64,000 nt of DNA from the NCBI GenBank assembly GCA_013239625.1, contig MU054925.1:29001138-29065137 (forward strand). The letters are read 5' to 3'. The notes below the pieces were generated by a model. It did not search any database. It was not told the origin of the DNA and saw only the letters and a program-made list of their open reading frames with translations. This document shows positions 27,885 to 39,700 of this stretch, one piece after another. The stretch comes from Lama guanicoe (lineage: Eukaryota). A program made the translations under genes and the position numbers. Positions within the stretch are counted from its first letter, which is position 1; every line of letters begins with the position of its first letter.

Positions 27885-28080
27885 ACCAATCACTGTGATC
27901 ATGACCAGTCCATACAACCACTTTGTGAGACAGGTAGGCTTGGTATTCCCACAGAAACTGTGAAGAAACTGAGGCCAAGAGAGGTGAAGTAACTAGCCCA
28001 AGGCCACAGAGTTAGCTAGTGGCAGAGCTGGGATTTGAACTCAGGCAGTCTGGATCCAGAGACATACTCTTAATCAGGAT
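27885..28080 (-). mobile_element. MIR SINE (well preserved core)
   Basis: gaagaaactgaggcc..gaggtgaagtaactagcccaaggccacag..tagtggcagagctgggatttgaactcaggcagtctgg. This is one of dozens of MIR fragments in the window. Confidence 0.85.
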
Positions 28081-28370
28081 GCTTTGCTGCCTCTCCAGGT
28101 GAATCTCCCTCCCGGGGTTCTTAGGATGCTTAAAGGAAGTACCAGATGTGAACGAAAGTGCTTTGCAAACCACAAGAGACTCTATAGCCCCGAGGTGCTG
28201 TTTTCTGTCTGTCCCCCTGCTACCTGTGGCGTGGCTTATAGGCACCGATAATTACATCTCTGACAGCACGAGCTATGAGAAGAGTTAGCAGTAATTATAA
28301 CTGCGATGACAATAGGAGACATGAGTTAATGGACTTCTGGTAATTTTAATGACTATTATGTTAAGAGGAA

Positions 28371-28514
28371 NNNNNNNNNNNNNNNNNNNNNNNNNNNNNN
28401 NNNNNNNNNNNNNNNNNNNNNNNNNNNNNNNNNNNNNNNNNNNNNNNNNNNNNNNNNNNNNNNNNNNNNNNNNNNNNNNNNNNNNNNNNNNNNNNNNNNN
28501 NNNNNNNNNNNNNN
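28371..28514. other. Assembly gap (144 N)
   Basis: Run of N. Confidence 1.
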
Positions 28515-30078
28515 ATCCCTGCCCTCCAAAAGCTGACAGCGAGGGGAGAGAGACAATTAAATGAATGACCTCTATAACATGATGGGCTTGCCACGACAGG
28601 GAGTCCCAGAGAATTTTTTCCCCTGCAGGTTAAGCAAGTCTTAAACCAAATAATGAGTGAAAGAAACTGAAATATATAACTGTCTGTTAGTAAAAGGTTG
28701 GGTGGACTGTAGTTAGATGTACAGGAAGAGACCCATGTGAACACGAATGGAAGAATGAATCTCTGGGAGAACAAAATCAGTTGAAAATTGGTTAAAAATT
28801 GGTTAAAAATCAGAACTCCATGGGGAGGTAATTGATGTTAAATTTCCTTCTTTAAGATTTCCCACTGCAGAGACCTCTGATGCGGCTTGTCGCCCCCACC
28901 CCTCCCACCCCCTGCTCCTGCACCTCACGGGTGTGTGCGTGAGGCCACTCATGTTCTGGGTGTCTTGGCTTGTCCTTCGAGGTTGCAGAGCTCACTTGAC
29001 CCAACTGTGGAACTTGCCTGATTTGAGGTCATGATGCTCACCAGCACAGAAGCACTCAATGACGCCATAAAAATTATCTTCGGACAGACTGATAGAGCTG
29101 AAGACCTGGTAGTTTGGGTAGAATCCATCAGCTGCCTGAATCCTCCAGAACCGCCCGACATCTTTAATAGAGCAGCCTCCAACCGGGCCTTCACTGCCCT
29201 GACGACGGTCTGTCCGGCTCAGCCTCAGCGTCCTTGGAAGGCTTCCCTGACCACCCAGGGCTGTGTAAATGCTCCTGACTCCCAGATACCTCTGTGTTAT
29301 ACCACAATTCACACTTGAGTGCTTGGGCTCGCTTAGCTGTCTCCCTTCCCAGGAGCCGGGGTTTCTGTGTGGCCAGTAGCCATGTCTATTTTCTACTAGT
29401 ACAGTGCCTGGCATCCAGAAGGCTTCCAATCAATGCCTGGTGAATGAATGGATACATGGATCAGCCCTTGGGGTATCCGTCCACGGGAGGTGTGACTTTA
29501 GAGAGGTCCTGCACCTCATGCCCCTCATCTGTAAAATGGGCTGGAGACTCCTACCTCGACTACCTTACAGGTTTACTAGGTGTCAAGAAAGAGATCAGAA
29601 TCAGGACATATATTTTTTTCTTTGAGATGCATCCCCTGTCCTCCGCTTCCCAGTTTCCCTTCGTCATAATGAGGCATGAGCGTGAGGCTAGGGCAGGCAG
29701 CTATCCCCTCAGCCACAGCCCACCAGACTCCGACACCTTTGCTGCCTTGCACAAACATGACATGAGCCAACATTCTATTCTGAGAGACTAAATGTGCTAC
29801 GTGACTTTGGAGAAGTCACCTAACCTTGCTAGGCCTCATCTGCAGAATGAAGCGGACCCACTGGTCTTCCAGGCTGCTGTACGGACCCACTGAGACCCTG
29901 GTGTGTGGGTCTTGGTGTGGCACCTGGCCTGCAGCAGGCACTCTGCAGTGCTGGTTTCTGTGACTCCCCCAAGCCCCCTCCTACCCATCCACCTCCCGCA
30001 AGCTTGCGATGAGGTTCATTGGCAGCCAGCTCTCAGTGCTGTGCTGTCAGTGCCGTCCTAGTTAACGGGCACACAGGC

Positions 30079-30417
30079 TGCTGTGGACCCAATGTGTCCC
30101 CCGTCCCAAATTCATATGCTGAAGCCCTGATCCCCAGTCTGATGGTACTGGGAGGTAATTAGGTCATGAGGGTGCAGCTCTCATGAGTGGGACCAGTGTT
30201 CTTATAAAAAGAGACATGAAAGAGATGGTCTTTCTTGGCCATGTGAGGCCAATGAGAAGGTGGCCAACGGTAAGCCAGGAAGTGGGCTCTCACCTGAACT
30301 GAATCTGCCAATACCTTGATCCTGGACTTCCCAGCCTCCAGCACCGTGAGAAATAAATTTCTGCTGTTTAAGCCACCTGGTCTATGGTGTTCTGTGATAG
30401 CAACTGAAGCTAAGACA
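30079..30417 (+). mobile_element. MLT1A-like MaLR solo LTR, complete
   Basis: TG...CA ends; ccaaattcatatg.tgaagccct, ttaggtcatgagggt, ccttgatcctggacttcccagcctccag, gagaaataaatttctgctgtttaagcc; 5-bp TSD caggc/tgggc. Confidence 0.85.
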
Positions 30418-32512
30418 TGGGCCAGGGCAGAGCTGATAGCTAGTCCTGGGCCCAGAGAGGTTGAGTGACACACTAGAGGTCACACAGCCAACTGGGGCCA
30501 CAGCCCATTGAAAAGCCCCTCCCTGTTTTCCAAGCTTCTGCTGTGTGACCTTGACTAAGCCCCTTTCCTCCCCAGGCCTCAGTTTCCAACACAAGAGATT
30601 GGACTAGTATTCTCTGGGGTCCCATCAGGCTCTGATGCACCAGCCCCTTGGGAATCCAGGAGAACATTCTGACAATATTGGATTTATGCATTTCGGTTTC
30701 ATTTTATTAGCATTTAAATGACTCTAGATTGTTACATTTCAATGACTCAAGAATAGGTTAGGGGCACCTTAATAAAAAGTCTTTGCCAGGAGAGATGCTG
30801 GCAGGGAAAGGAGCAATTTCTTTTGGAGTTAATGTAACAAAAAAGGAATCTATCTTTCAAAGGAAGTATTTAAAAAAATAAATAAACCCAAACCCCAAAC
30901 TAACAGCTTTTCAAATCCTAGGATGGTAGCTGGGACAGCGCAAACGAATTATGTGCTAAAAATAACTTTTGGCTGTCGAATCATTCTGTTTTCAGATGTG
31001 CTGAATTTAAATGCCACCTTAATATGGATTTATAAAGTCACCCTTTTAATCGTCCCCGGCACCAGTGACAGATGTGGGGACCCAGGCCCCGATGACGAGG
31101 CCTGATGCTGCCACTTGCTGGCTCTGTGACTGGGGCGAAGCTCTTAATCCCTCCCTCTGCCCTGGCCTCCTCCTCCCAATGCCGCCAGCCCCGCAGCCTC
31201 TCTCACAGGGTTTCTGAGCACTAATTGAGACAGAGCCTAGCCCAGTTCCTGGCAGAGACCAAGACTTGTTAAATGGTGACTGTTCTCATGATGATAACTT
31301 AACTCACCCCCTTCCTCTATCCTTGCTGAAACAGACTGTCCCCTACGCCGTTGTCCTTAACATGGAACTCAGGTAGACTATGCCATTCCCACAAGGCCCC
31401 CGGTACCGTCCCAGCTTATTGGCACAGCCTACAGGTTAGTCTCTCCTCTGCTCTGGTCCTGACGAACTCCCTCAGGCAGGACATTTTCTTTCCTGTCCTG
31501 GATGCAAATTCTGGCCTTTCTGTAGCCTCCCCCGCCACCCCCGCCACTTGTGCCCAGCCCCAGCCATAGGAAGGAGCCCTCCTCCTCAGTTCCTGCTGAC
31601 CTAGGGGAACTGGTGAACTCAGCCAGGCGACAGGGTGCAGAGGGACACCTGCTCCTTCCTCAGCCTTACCCAGAGAGCCAGAGAGCCGTAGCCATTGCCT
31701 CAGCTGCCCTGCTCTGCAGGAGGGGATGTCTTCCCTTGCACGTTAATGTGTGTGTGCATGTGTGCGAGAAGGACAGAGCCTGAAGGCTCTGCAGCAACCA
31801 TATGCATGTGAATGTGTTATGGTGGATGGTCAGCATGGCTGCTCCGTAGTAAGGGGCACACCTGAGTCAGGAGTGTGAAAAGGCCAGTGTAGGGATGGGC
31901 CTGTAAGTGTCTTTGTGCCAGAGGGTCCCTGTGGTGTGTCAGCAGACATGTGTTCAGTGTGGGTGGCCTGAAGGACAAGGTGTGCCTTGCAGGTCTACTG
32001 GAGTCTGTCAGCATCAGTGTGTGTGAGTGTGAGGGAGCCAGAGATGTGTGTGCCCATGCCAGCCTCTGAGTGTGCAACCCCATGATGTGTGTATGTGTGT
32101 GGCATCAAAGCTGACAATGACAATCTCGGCTTTGAATTCTCACAGTCAAGGAGAGGAACGGGTAAAGGGAATTGAAAATGAATACCTCAGAAGTGAGTTT
32201 AGTGCTATTTTTAGAACACTCCTATCCTGTTAACCAGAAAAGGAAAATCTTAAAAAAAAAATCCCACAGAAACAGCCACGCATCAGCCTCAAAAGCACAG
32301 ATGGCAGAAGCAGGACCGTGGGCTGGGCTGTTAGGGACTTGGGGCTTCTCACATAGCTTCTCACCCTCCTGCGTGGCTTAAGGGAGAGTAGGTCCAGCCC
32401 TTGACTGCCCACCAGGGTCAACTCTCTCCACTGCTCCCTGTTCTCCACAGGAGTTTCCAATGTTAGATGGGAGGAAACCCCCCACATTTCTGGTCCTCTA
32501 GGTGCCTCATAT

Positions 32513-32548
32513 ACCCATTCATCCATCCATCCATCCATCCACCTACCC
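32513..32548. repeat. (TCCA)n simple repeat
   Basis: atccatccatccatccatcca core. Confidence 0.8.
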
Positions 32549-35500
32549 AATAACCTAAAACGCTGCATCTCAGGTGCTGCCTCAGGCACTAGGATTCTGG
32601 GGAGAGCAAGGGAAGTGCACAGACCCTTCTTCTTGCTGTTTAAGTAAGGTCTGCTCACTTGTCACAAAGAGCATCCCCCTACCCTCCACGGTCAGGATCT
32701 GCAGACTGAGTTGAATGATTCCTGCACAACTTTTGCTTCAGATTTTGGGAGGATGTAATCCAAAAGGCATTTGCCTGGGAGTCAGATCTGCTAGGTCCCC
32801 ACCTGGGCTTGACCATCACCATTAATATGGATTGCTTAGCACCTGCTTCCATGGGCTGTGCGGTATCACTGCCCCTAATTTACAGGCAAGAAAGCTGGGG
32901 CTCAGAGAGTTACAGATAACCAATGCCATACAGATGGGACCTGGCATAGTTTAAATATGCCTGCTTGAGTCAAAAGTCTCTGTGCTTCTTCTGTGTCCAT
33001 TGCCTTTCACCAGCTCATAGTGTGGCCTTGGACCAGTGCTTTCTTCCCTGTGCCTCAGTTTTCTTTTCTATAAAGTGAGGGGGGGGATTGGACAGATAGT
33101 GTTAAAGGGACATTTTAGCGGCATCCTCAAGGACCCTCCCATCACCTGATACTTGCTTCTTGGGACACACATGCTTCCCTGAGCCTCCTTGCTGCCCTGT
33201 GGCCTCCAGCAGGAACACCGTCTTAGGCGCAAGCCAAGTCATGCTGGGTTGCAGGCCGAGGGAAGGAGAAATGCCTTAGAGCCTGGGGGTCACAAGCTGG
33301 TGAGAATTCACCTGCTGCCTTTCACAGCCACTGCCTTCACCTTGGGCCTCTGCATGGCAGCGTCTGCCTTCCAAGATTTGCACCCTTTGTGTGCTTCTTG
33401 TTTAGAAATCTTCCCTTAAAAAAATCCCGTGAGAGTTTTCTGATGAAGCAAAAACAGTAAAGTCATCAACAGGTAGAGGCAAGAAAGCCTAGGTGAGGCA
33501 GAAAAGTGTTGGGGAAGACTTCACCTTGGCCTCCAAGAGAGGGTACATGCAGTAAGAAGGTTGGGGACAGTGGCTCTGCCTAAGATGGACCAGTTGCTCT
33601 AGACAGTGTTCTCTGGTTTCAGCCAAATATCTTGGCCACCTCCCCAGTCTTACCTCTCCCCTCGCCCAACTCTCCCTACAGAAGCATTGACTTCCTTGTA
33701 TGCCCCAGCCTCCAGATCCTAATTGGCTACAGTGACACTGTCCATTCCTGTCTTCATCTGCCTCCTTCTCTCTCACCTCCAGCTTTGTCCCCATGGATTA
33801 CAAGCAAGGGCCTGAAGGAAGGACGAAAAACAATAACAGCACACTGGGATCATACCTACTATGTGCCAAGTCCCATTCTATGCACTTCATGTTTGTTATC
33901 TCATTTAATCCTTCACAACAACCCTATTACACAAGTACCACTGCACTCTCATATTACAGAGGAGAAAACAGAAAAAGAGAGTGCAGTGATGGTGTAAAGT
34001 CCTTGGTTAGTGGTGTGGCAGAGCCAGCTCTCAAACACGCACACAGATACTCTTAAGGGCTCACTCATAACCCTCTTTCCACCTGACCAGGCTCCTTCCC
34101 TTTTTTCTGGTTTCCATAATGAAGCACAGGGTTCTGCAGTGTCAGACTCTGACCATACATAACAGTTCACTGGCTTCTTGGTGAGTCCTCAGGCTTCACC
34201 TCTGACCGTGGAGGCCAGGGAGCAGTCTCTGGGGATGAAGTGTGGATGGATGGATGGAGGTGGGTGCTGGGGAGGGATTGGGTAGCTGAGGTCAGGGAAC
34301 CTGATAACCACAGGCCCCCTCTCTCCCCTGCAGGCTGACTAGCAGAGGCTGCGAGTGAGCCCTGTCCATGGGATTGTGGTGCTGACTGACAGTCCCCCTG
34401 GGGAGGACAAAGAAGCAGGCACTGGGGAACTGTCTCCACTGGGAGCTGTCCAAGGCCACAGTGCTGACTGGGGATCTGGGGTGGGTTTAAGGACCGTGTG
34501 CCAAGGAGCTGTCCATGTTCTATGGTGCTGATGTAGAGCAAAGAGCTATAAGTGCCCCCTAGAGCTATCCAGGATAGCAGTGCTGACTGATGGAGCCCAG
34601 GGTTGGGAAACCTGAGGAGCTGGGTGTGAATGGGGTAGGCAGGGCACAGGGCATTTTCCATTAGGTCTTTGAACAGACATGGGGAGCTGACCTGAGATGT
34701 TTGGTGCTGCCCCTCAAAGCCAGGTTGTCAGGCAGTGGGGGTCTTCCAATGAGCAGGCCTGAGCCAACAAAATGACACAAGGCAAAAGGTCACTTGGGGC
34801 CACTTATGTGCATACATGGAAGATCCACCTTGGCCCATCAGTGCCATCTGTCACCAATGCCGAAGTCCCACTGTTAGTAATCCATTCTTTTGCATTGTGC
34901 ATGGTCCTTACCCTCTGGTTCCTGCTGGGACCATATTTAAGTGGTGGTATCTCAGTAGGGCTGAGTTTATTAAATTCTTTTCTCCATGGAATGGGGAAGG
35001 TAAATTCACCCACAGAGGTGCCAAGGGATGAGTTTAAGTTGGGAGATTACTTTTGAATAGTGAGTTCTTTGAGGTTCAGATCAGAGAAGCAGGAAGCTAA
35101 GGCTTAGGAAAAGTCATTCTATGTGGTCTCAGAACACAGAGGCCAGGAAGTAGAATTACATAGAAGGAGGGGAAAAGCAGAAAAACAGAACTCCCGTATT
35201 CAAAGGAGGAGGGGAGTCAGACTGATGCAGGCAGTGGCAGGGGTGGGTATTTGTATATGTGGAAGAAAGTTTTTCAGACTTAATTTCTCACTGCTGTGGT
35301 AAGTCTTCTGAGTTCAAGCAGAGCTGCCCCTGGTTTGGTGACAGTGCATTTACTGCCTTCCATGCCCCAGCCCAGGTTATCTCCCCCAGAGTTTCCTTGG
35401 TGGAAAGCTAGTGACCTCTGTCAGGGCACTGACTCAGCCTCAAACCTGAAGGTGGTGAATCAGAAGGCAAGGAAGCCAGAGGAGGAACTGAGAGAAGGAA

Positions 35501-35590
35501 CTGAGAGCAGGAGCTGCCTTCCATGGCCAAGGTTTCCTCTCCTTTCTCTCTTGATAAAGGCTTCTCTGGGTGGAGCTCACGACCACAGAG

Positions 35591-35733
35591 CAGGGCTGCT
35601 CAAAGTGGGGCTCTCCAAGGGCCACCCATGTTGGCATCACTTGGGGGCTGGTTGAATCCCCCAGCTCCAAGCCTGAAGAGATGAGTCAATCTCTGGTGGT
35701 TGGGCTGGGAATTTTAAACAAGCAGAACCACTG
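35591..35733. mobile_element. MER5-like hAT-Charlie MITE
   Basis: cagggctgctcaaagtg...catcacttggg..ttttaaacaagc..agaaccactg, followed by ccctaga. Confidence 0.55.
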
Positions 35734-36569
35734 CCCTAGATCTCTGGGGCTCCATTTCCAGCCCCTCCTTCAGCTTTCTTCCTCTTGTAGCCAACATTCT
35801 GCTGGTTCTGGGTTCCAGAATCCTGCCTTGCTCCTGTAGCCCAGCCTATGGCTGAAAATCACCTCCAGCTCCCTGTCTCTGCTCTTCCAAATGCCACTTT
35901 TTGCCAGACCAGGCCCTAGGTGTCTTCTGGGAATGACTCCCACCAGCTGCTCCAGGGCCCTTCTGTCTTCATACCCTTGCCCAAGCCTGATGACCCCCTT
36001 CCCTTCTTCCCACCCTTCAATGGCTTCCCTGATCAGTTTTGCCCAGGGATCTGAATGGCTTCTCTATGTTTTGCGCCAACTGTAGGTTTTTCCCACAGTC
36101 CTTGACCCTCTTAATGCCTCAGCCCTTGCTGGCAATGCCACCCATCTGGCATCGACTTGCACCCTAACATGAGTGGTTCCCAAACTGACATTTCTTCTCT
36201 GCCCTTTCTCCTAAGCTCTAGAACCAACCTTCCTGTGACTACCAAATGTCCCCTTTGAAGGTCCTCCTGGCTCTTAGATTTCCCCCCCAAATCCTCATCT
36301 TTCTGTGATCTCTGTGTCAGTTATGACATCCAATGTACCCTCACAGATTCCCGGAGTTGGACATCAGGGTCACCCTTGATTCTGTTTCCTCCTTATGTTC
36401 AATCAGGTGCCCAGACCCAGGGAGCAGTGGGGTAAGAGCTTCAGACTTTATCCTCTTCCTTGCCATCCTGAGCTCCTGACTTAGTTCGGTTTCTTCATCC
36501 AAAACCGCTCAAAGGCTCCTTATTACCCACCCGCTTCACTGTCCCCAAAGTGATGCTGACAGTGACTTC

Positions 36570-36790
36570 CATTTACTGAGTGTCTTCCACTTGTCAGGAG
36601 CTGTGTTAGGCTCTGAAAACATCTTATTTCACAATAACCCCATGACATAGGCATTCTTCTCCCTATTTTACAGATGAGGAAACAGACTCAGAGAGGTGGA
36701 ATAACATGGCGCCCAGGTCACAGAGCTAAGGAGCAGTAGAGCCAGGAGGAGAACTGGGACCTGTCTGACTCTAAAACCTCTCAGATTTGA
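36570..36790 (-). mobile_element. MIR SINE
   Basis: catttactgag..ctattttacagatgaggaaacagactcagagagg..ggtcacagagctaa. Confidence 0.75.
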
Positions 36791-39700
36791 GCCACTCTCT
36801 TTATTAAAACCTGTCACTTGCTACTGTTGCCTGTTTAAAAAAATACGTATTCATGACCGCTGCATCCAGGATCCTGCATGACTGGCCGGAGCCCACCTCC
36901 CTGGGCTCTGGTGTAAGTGAACTCCTGTGTTTCTTGAACAACTAATGCATGCTCCTGCCTCCTACCCTCTGCAGACACTGTTGCCTCTGTCTGAGACTGT
37001 CTACACCCACTTTGCCTTTAATCAAAACCTTCCTCTCTAAGGCCCAGCCAGCCCTAATGTCAACTTCTCTGTGAAGTTCTCTCCAATTGTTCTGCTATAC
37101 ATTTCAACCCCCTTCCCACTGCCGGCCCATCACATGTGGCTCATTCCTCGGCTTCATACCTGCCACCCTCAGTCTTGGAGTGGGTTTTGCCAGCCTGCCT
37201 CCCCCACTAGACGGTGAACTCATTGAGATCAGGGCCTCCCTAGCCCCCAGTACAGGACTGGCCTCCACAAATGCTGGCTTCACAACTGAGAAAGCAATGT
37301 GACTATGGAAAGACACTGAGGACAACAGATCTTGGGATGCAGTCTGCATTTGGAAAATGGAAACTGGTCAGCTGGGTGGCAGGAAGAGCTGATGCTGAAT
37401 GCAGCCAGGCGGTGTAAGTTGGCAAACCTGCTCCTGAATCTTAGGAAGCAGCTGCTCCAGCATCCCATTTCACAGATGAGCAAACGGAGGCTTTGCCAGG
37501 TTAAGGAGGTTGCCCAGGTTCATATAAACTGATGGATCTGAACCCAGGCAATCTGCCATCAGAATCCCTGCCTAAGCCCCTCCTGCGATGACTCAGAAGC
37601 CCAAGGGGGTGGTGGCTAAGGCAGTGGGACACACTGAAGCACTTGGGGTCTAGCAGGGAGCTGTCCCAGCCCTTCTGAACCACACTGGTCAGGCCCACAC
37701 CTTCTGCCACACCCAGTGTTGCCTCCCACAGAGGATCCTTGTGGTCTGGCCATCACACCGTTCTCCCCCAACCTCTTCTCCATTCTCCACACAAAGCTGG
37801 AGGACAGGGATTAGGTTAAGACAGGACACTTAGAATCCGTCAGGAGTCAGGCCCGGGCCCAGGCCCAGCGACCAGGAGGGGTGCTGGGAGCACAGGACAC
37901 TCCCACACTGAGCCTGTCCTCTGCGTTGACTGGCCTGGCCCCAGAGCTGCCTGACTGGCAGCCCCAGACCCCAGACCCCAGACCCCAGTATTCCACACCT
38001 CCTGGGCCCGCAGAATCTCTTTGGCTCCTGCACCCAGCAGGCTAGCCTGCTGATTAGTGACCGTCCCAGCCGGCCAGCTCGGCAGCTCTTCTCCTGACTT
38101 GGCATGGCTGTCCCGGCCAGTGCGGAGACAAACAGAATCCGCCCGGCACCTTGAACAGATGGTGCCACTTCTAAAAATAACGCCGCAACACGCTCCCCGG
38201 CGCAGCCAGTCCCGGCGACAGAAGGGGGTGCGGGTGGGGGTGGGGGCTGCTAGCTGCGCTCACCAGCCATCTGCACAGGGACAGATGCGAATGCAGCCTC
38301 CCGGGGGACGCAGGCCCAGGGGACCTCAGCCTTGCTGAAGCTGTGCAGAGCCATGGACCTGCTGCCTAGCTCTGTCCCTACAGTGAATGTAAAGAGTCCA
38401 CGGCGGGTGTGCGGAGCCCGGCTCCTCTCTTTCCCCATCCTCATGACTGCCCCAGCAGCTCCTCCTTCACACGTTGCGTGGCTGGGGTTCCCACCTGAAC
38501 ACACGCTCTTCCTCGCCTGTTGCCTTTCACCTTGTGTCTTGGCCCCATATCCATAATCCCTAGTGCCATCTTCTCTTGAGAATTTCCTTCCATTCCCAGA
38601 AGCTTCCTCTTCCCTCTATGGATTCTTAAACCACTTTTCATTTGACTCATATCCCAGTAGGGTCAGAACTCCTTTGTTTGAGGCTGAGTCAGAAAGATCT
38701 GGGTTAGAACCCTCAACCTGCCATCACTGAGGGTAAATCTAGGCAGCCCTCCGGCCTCAGCTGCCGCATCTCTAAAATGGAGACCGTAATTATCCCTCAC
38801 AGTGGGGCTGGGAAGCTGATGTGAGTTGCCCAGAGCCTGGCCAGCAGGAGACACAGAATCAACTGGAATGACAGTGATTTCTAGATGGGGAAGCGGAGGC
38901 CCTGAGTGGAAGGTACTGGCCCAGGGCCACAGAGTAGGTCTAGCAGAGCTAGGTTCAGGCTCAAGCCCTTTGCCAGAGCTTTCATCCTCCTGGGATGCTC
39001 CGGGATGTGTCTCCCCTTCATCCTGGGAAAGGGTTTTCCTTGAGTGCCAGTCCATTCTCCAATCCTGAGAGCTGGCCAGGGAGGCCTAAGGGACCCCCTG
39101 AAGATACACCCTTCCCATTCCTTGCTAAGAACCAGCCCTGAATCCCAGTCTGACCCCTGCAGCTTCTCAAGGAAGTTCAAATCCTGCCAGAAAATTTAAG
39201 AGATCAAAAGCCAAAGTGCTTCCAAGGCCCCAGGAGCCCCCAGTCCTTGGACCCTGGGGTTATCACATCCAGCAGACCTCCCACAACGGCCCCCAAAGCC
39301 TCTGCCCCCTCTGCCGTCCCAGCCCCGCAGTCTGCTCTCCTCCTCCTCCATGGGGCATGGTTCAGCCCCTCATCACCATTATTCTGCTCTCAAAGGTCCT
39401 ACTCCAGCCACGGCTGCCCTTCCTTTCTCTCCTGAGGCCCCCAATGGCTCTGGGGGGTCTCCCTGAAGAGGAGGGGTACAGCGACCCCATGGAGGGGGGA
39501 CCGATGTCACCTAGATTCCAGGCCTCATGTTATGTTGCCACTAGGGCCTGCTCTCTGTGGGGTGTAATCCAGGAGTTTAGGCTTGTGGTTTCAGATGCAG
39601 TCAGAACCTACGCTCAGACCTCGCACAACTCTAAGTCACGGGCTCTTTCTCCAGCCCACCTCACCTGCTCTCTGCCTCTCTACCTTTTTCAGTCCCTGAC

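Noticed and set aside
28949-29318. ORF pair with protein-like composition (MMLTSTEALNDAIKIIFG...)
   Set aside because: No recognisable homology and no convincing splice-site pair; it cannot be supported without a database search.
34772-35056. Unassigned segment with overlapping ORFs, considered as a processed pseudogene
   Set aside because: No recognisable parent protein, poly-A tail or TSD.
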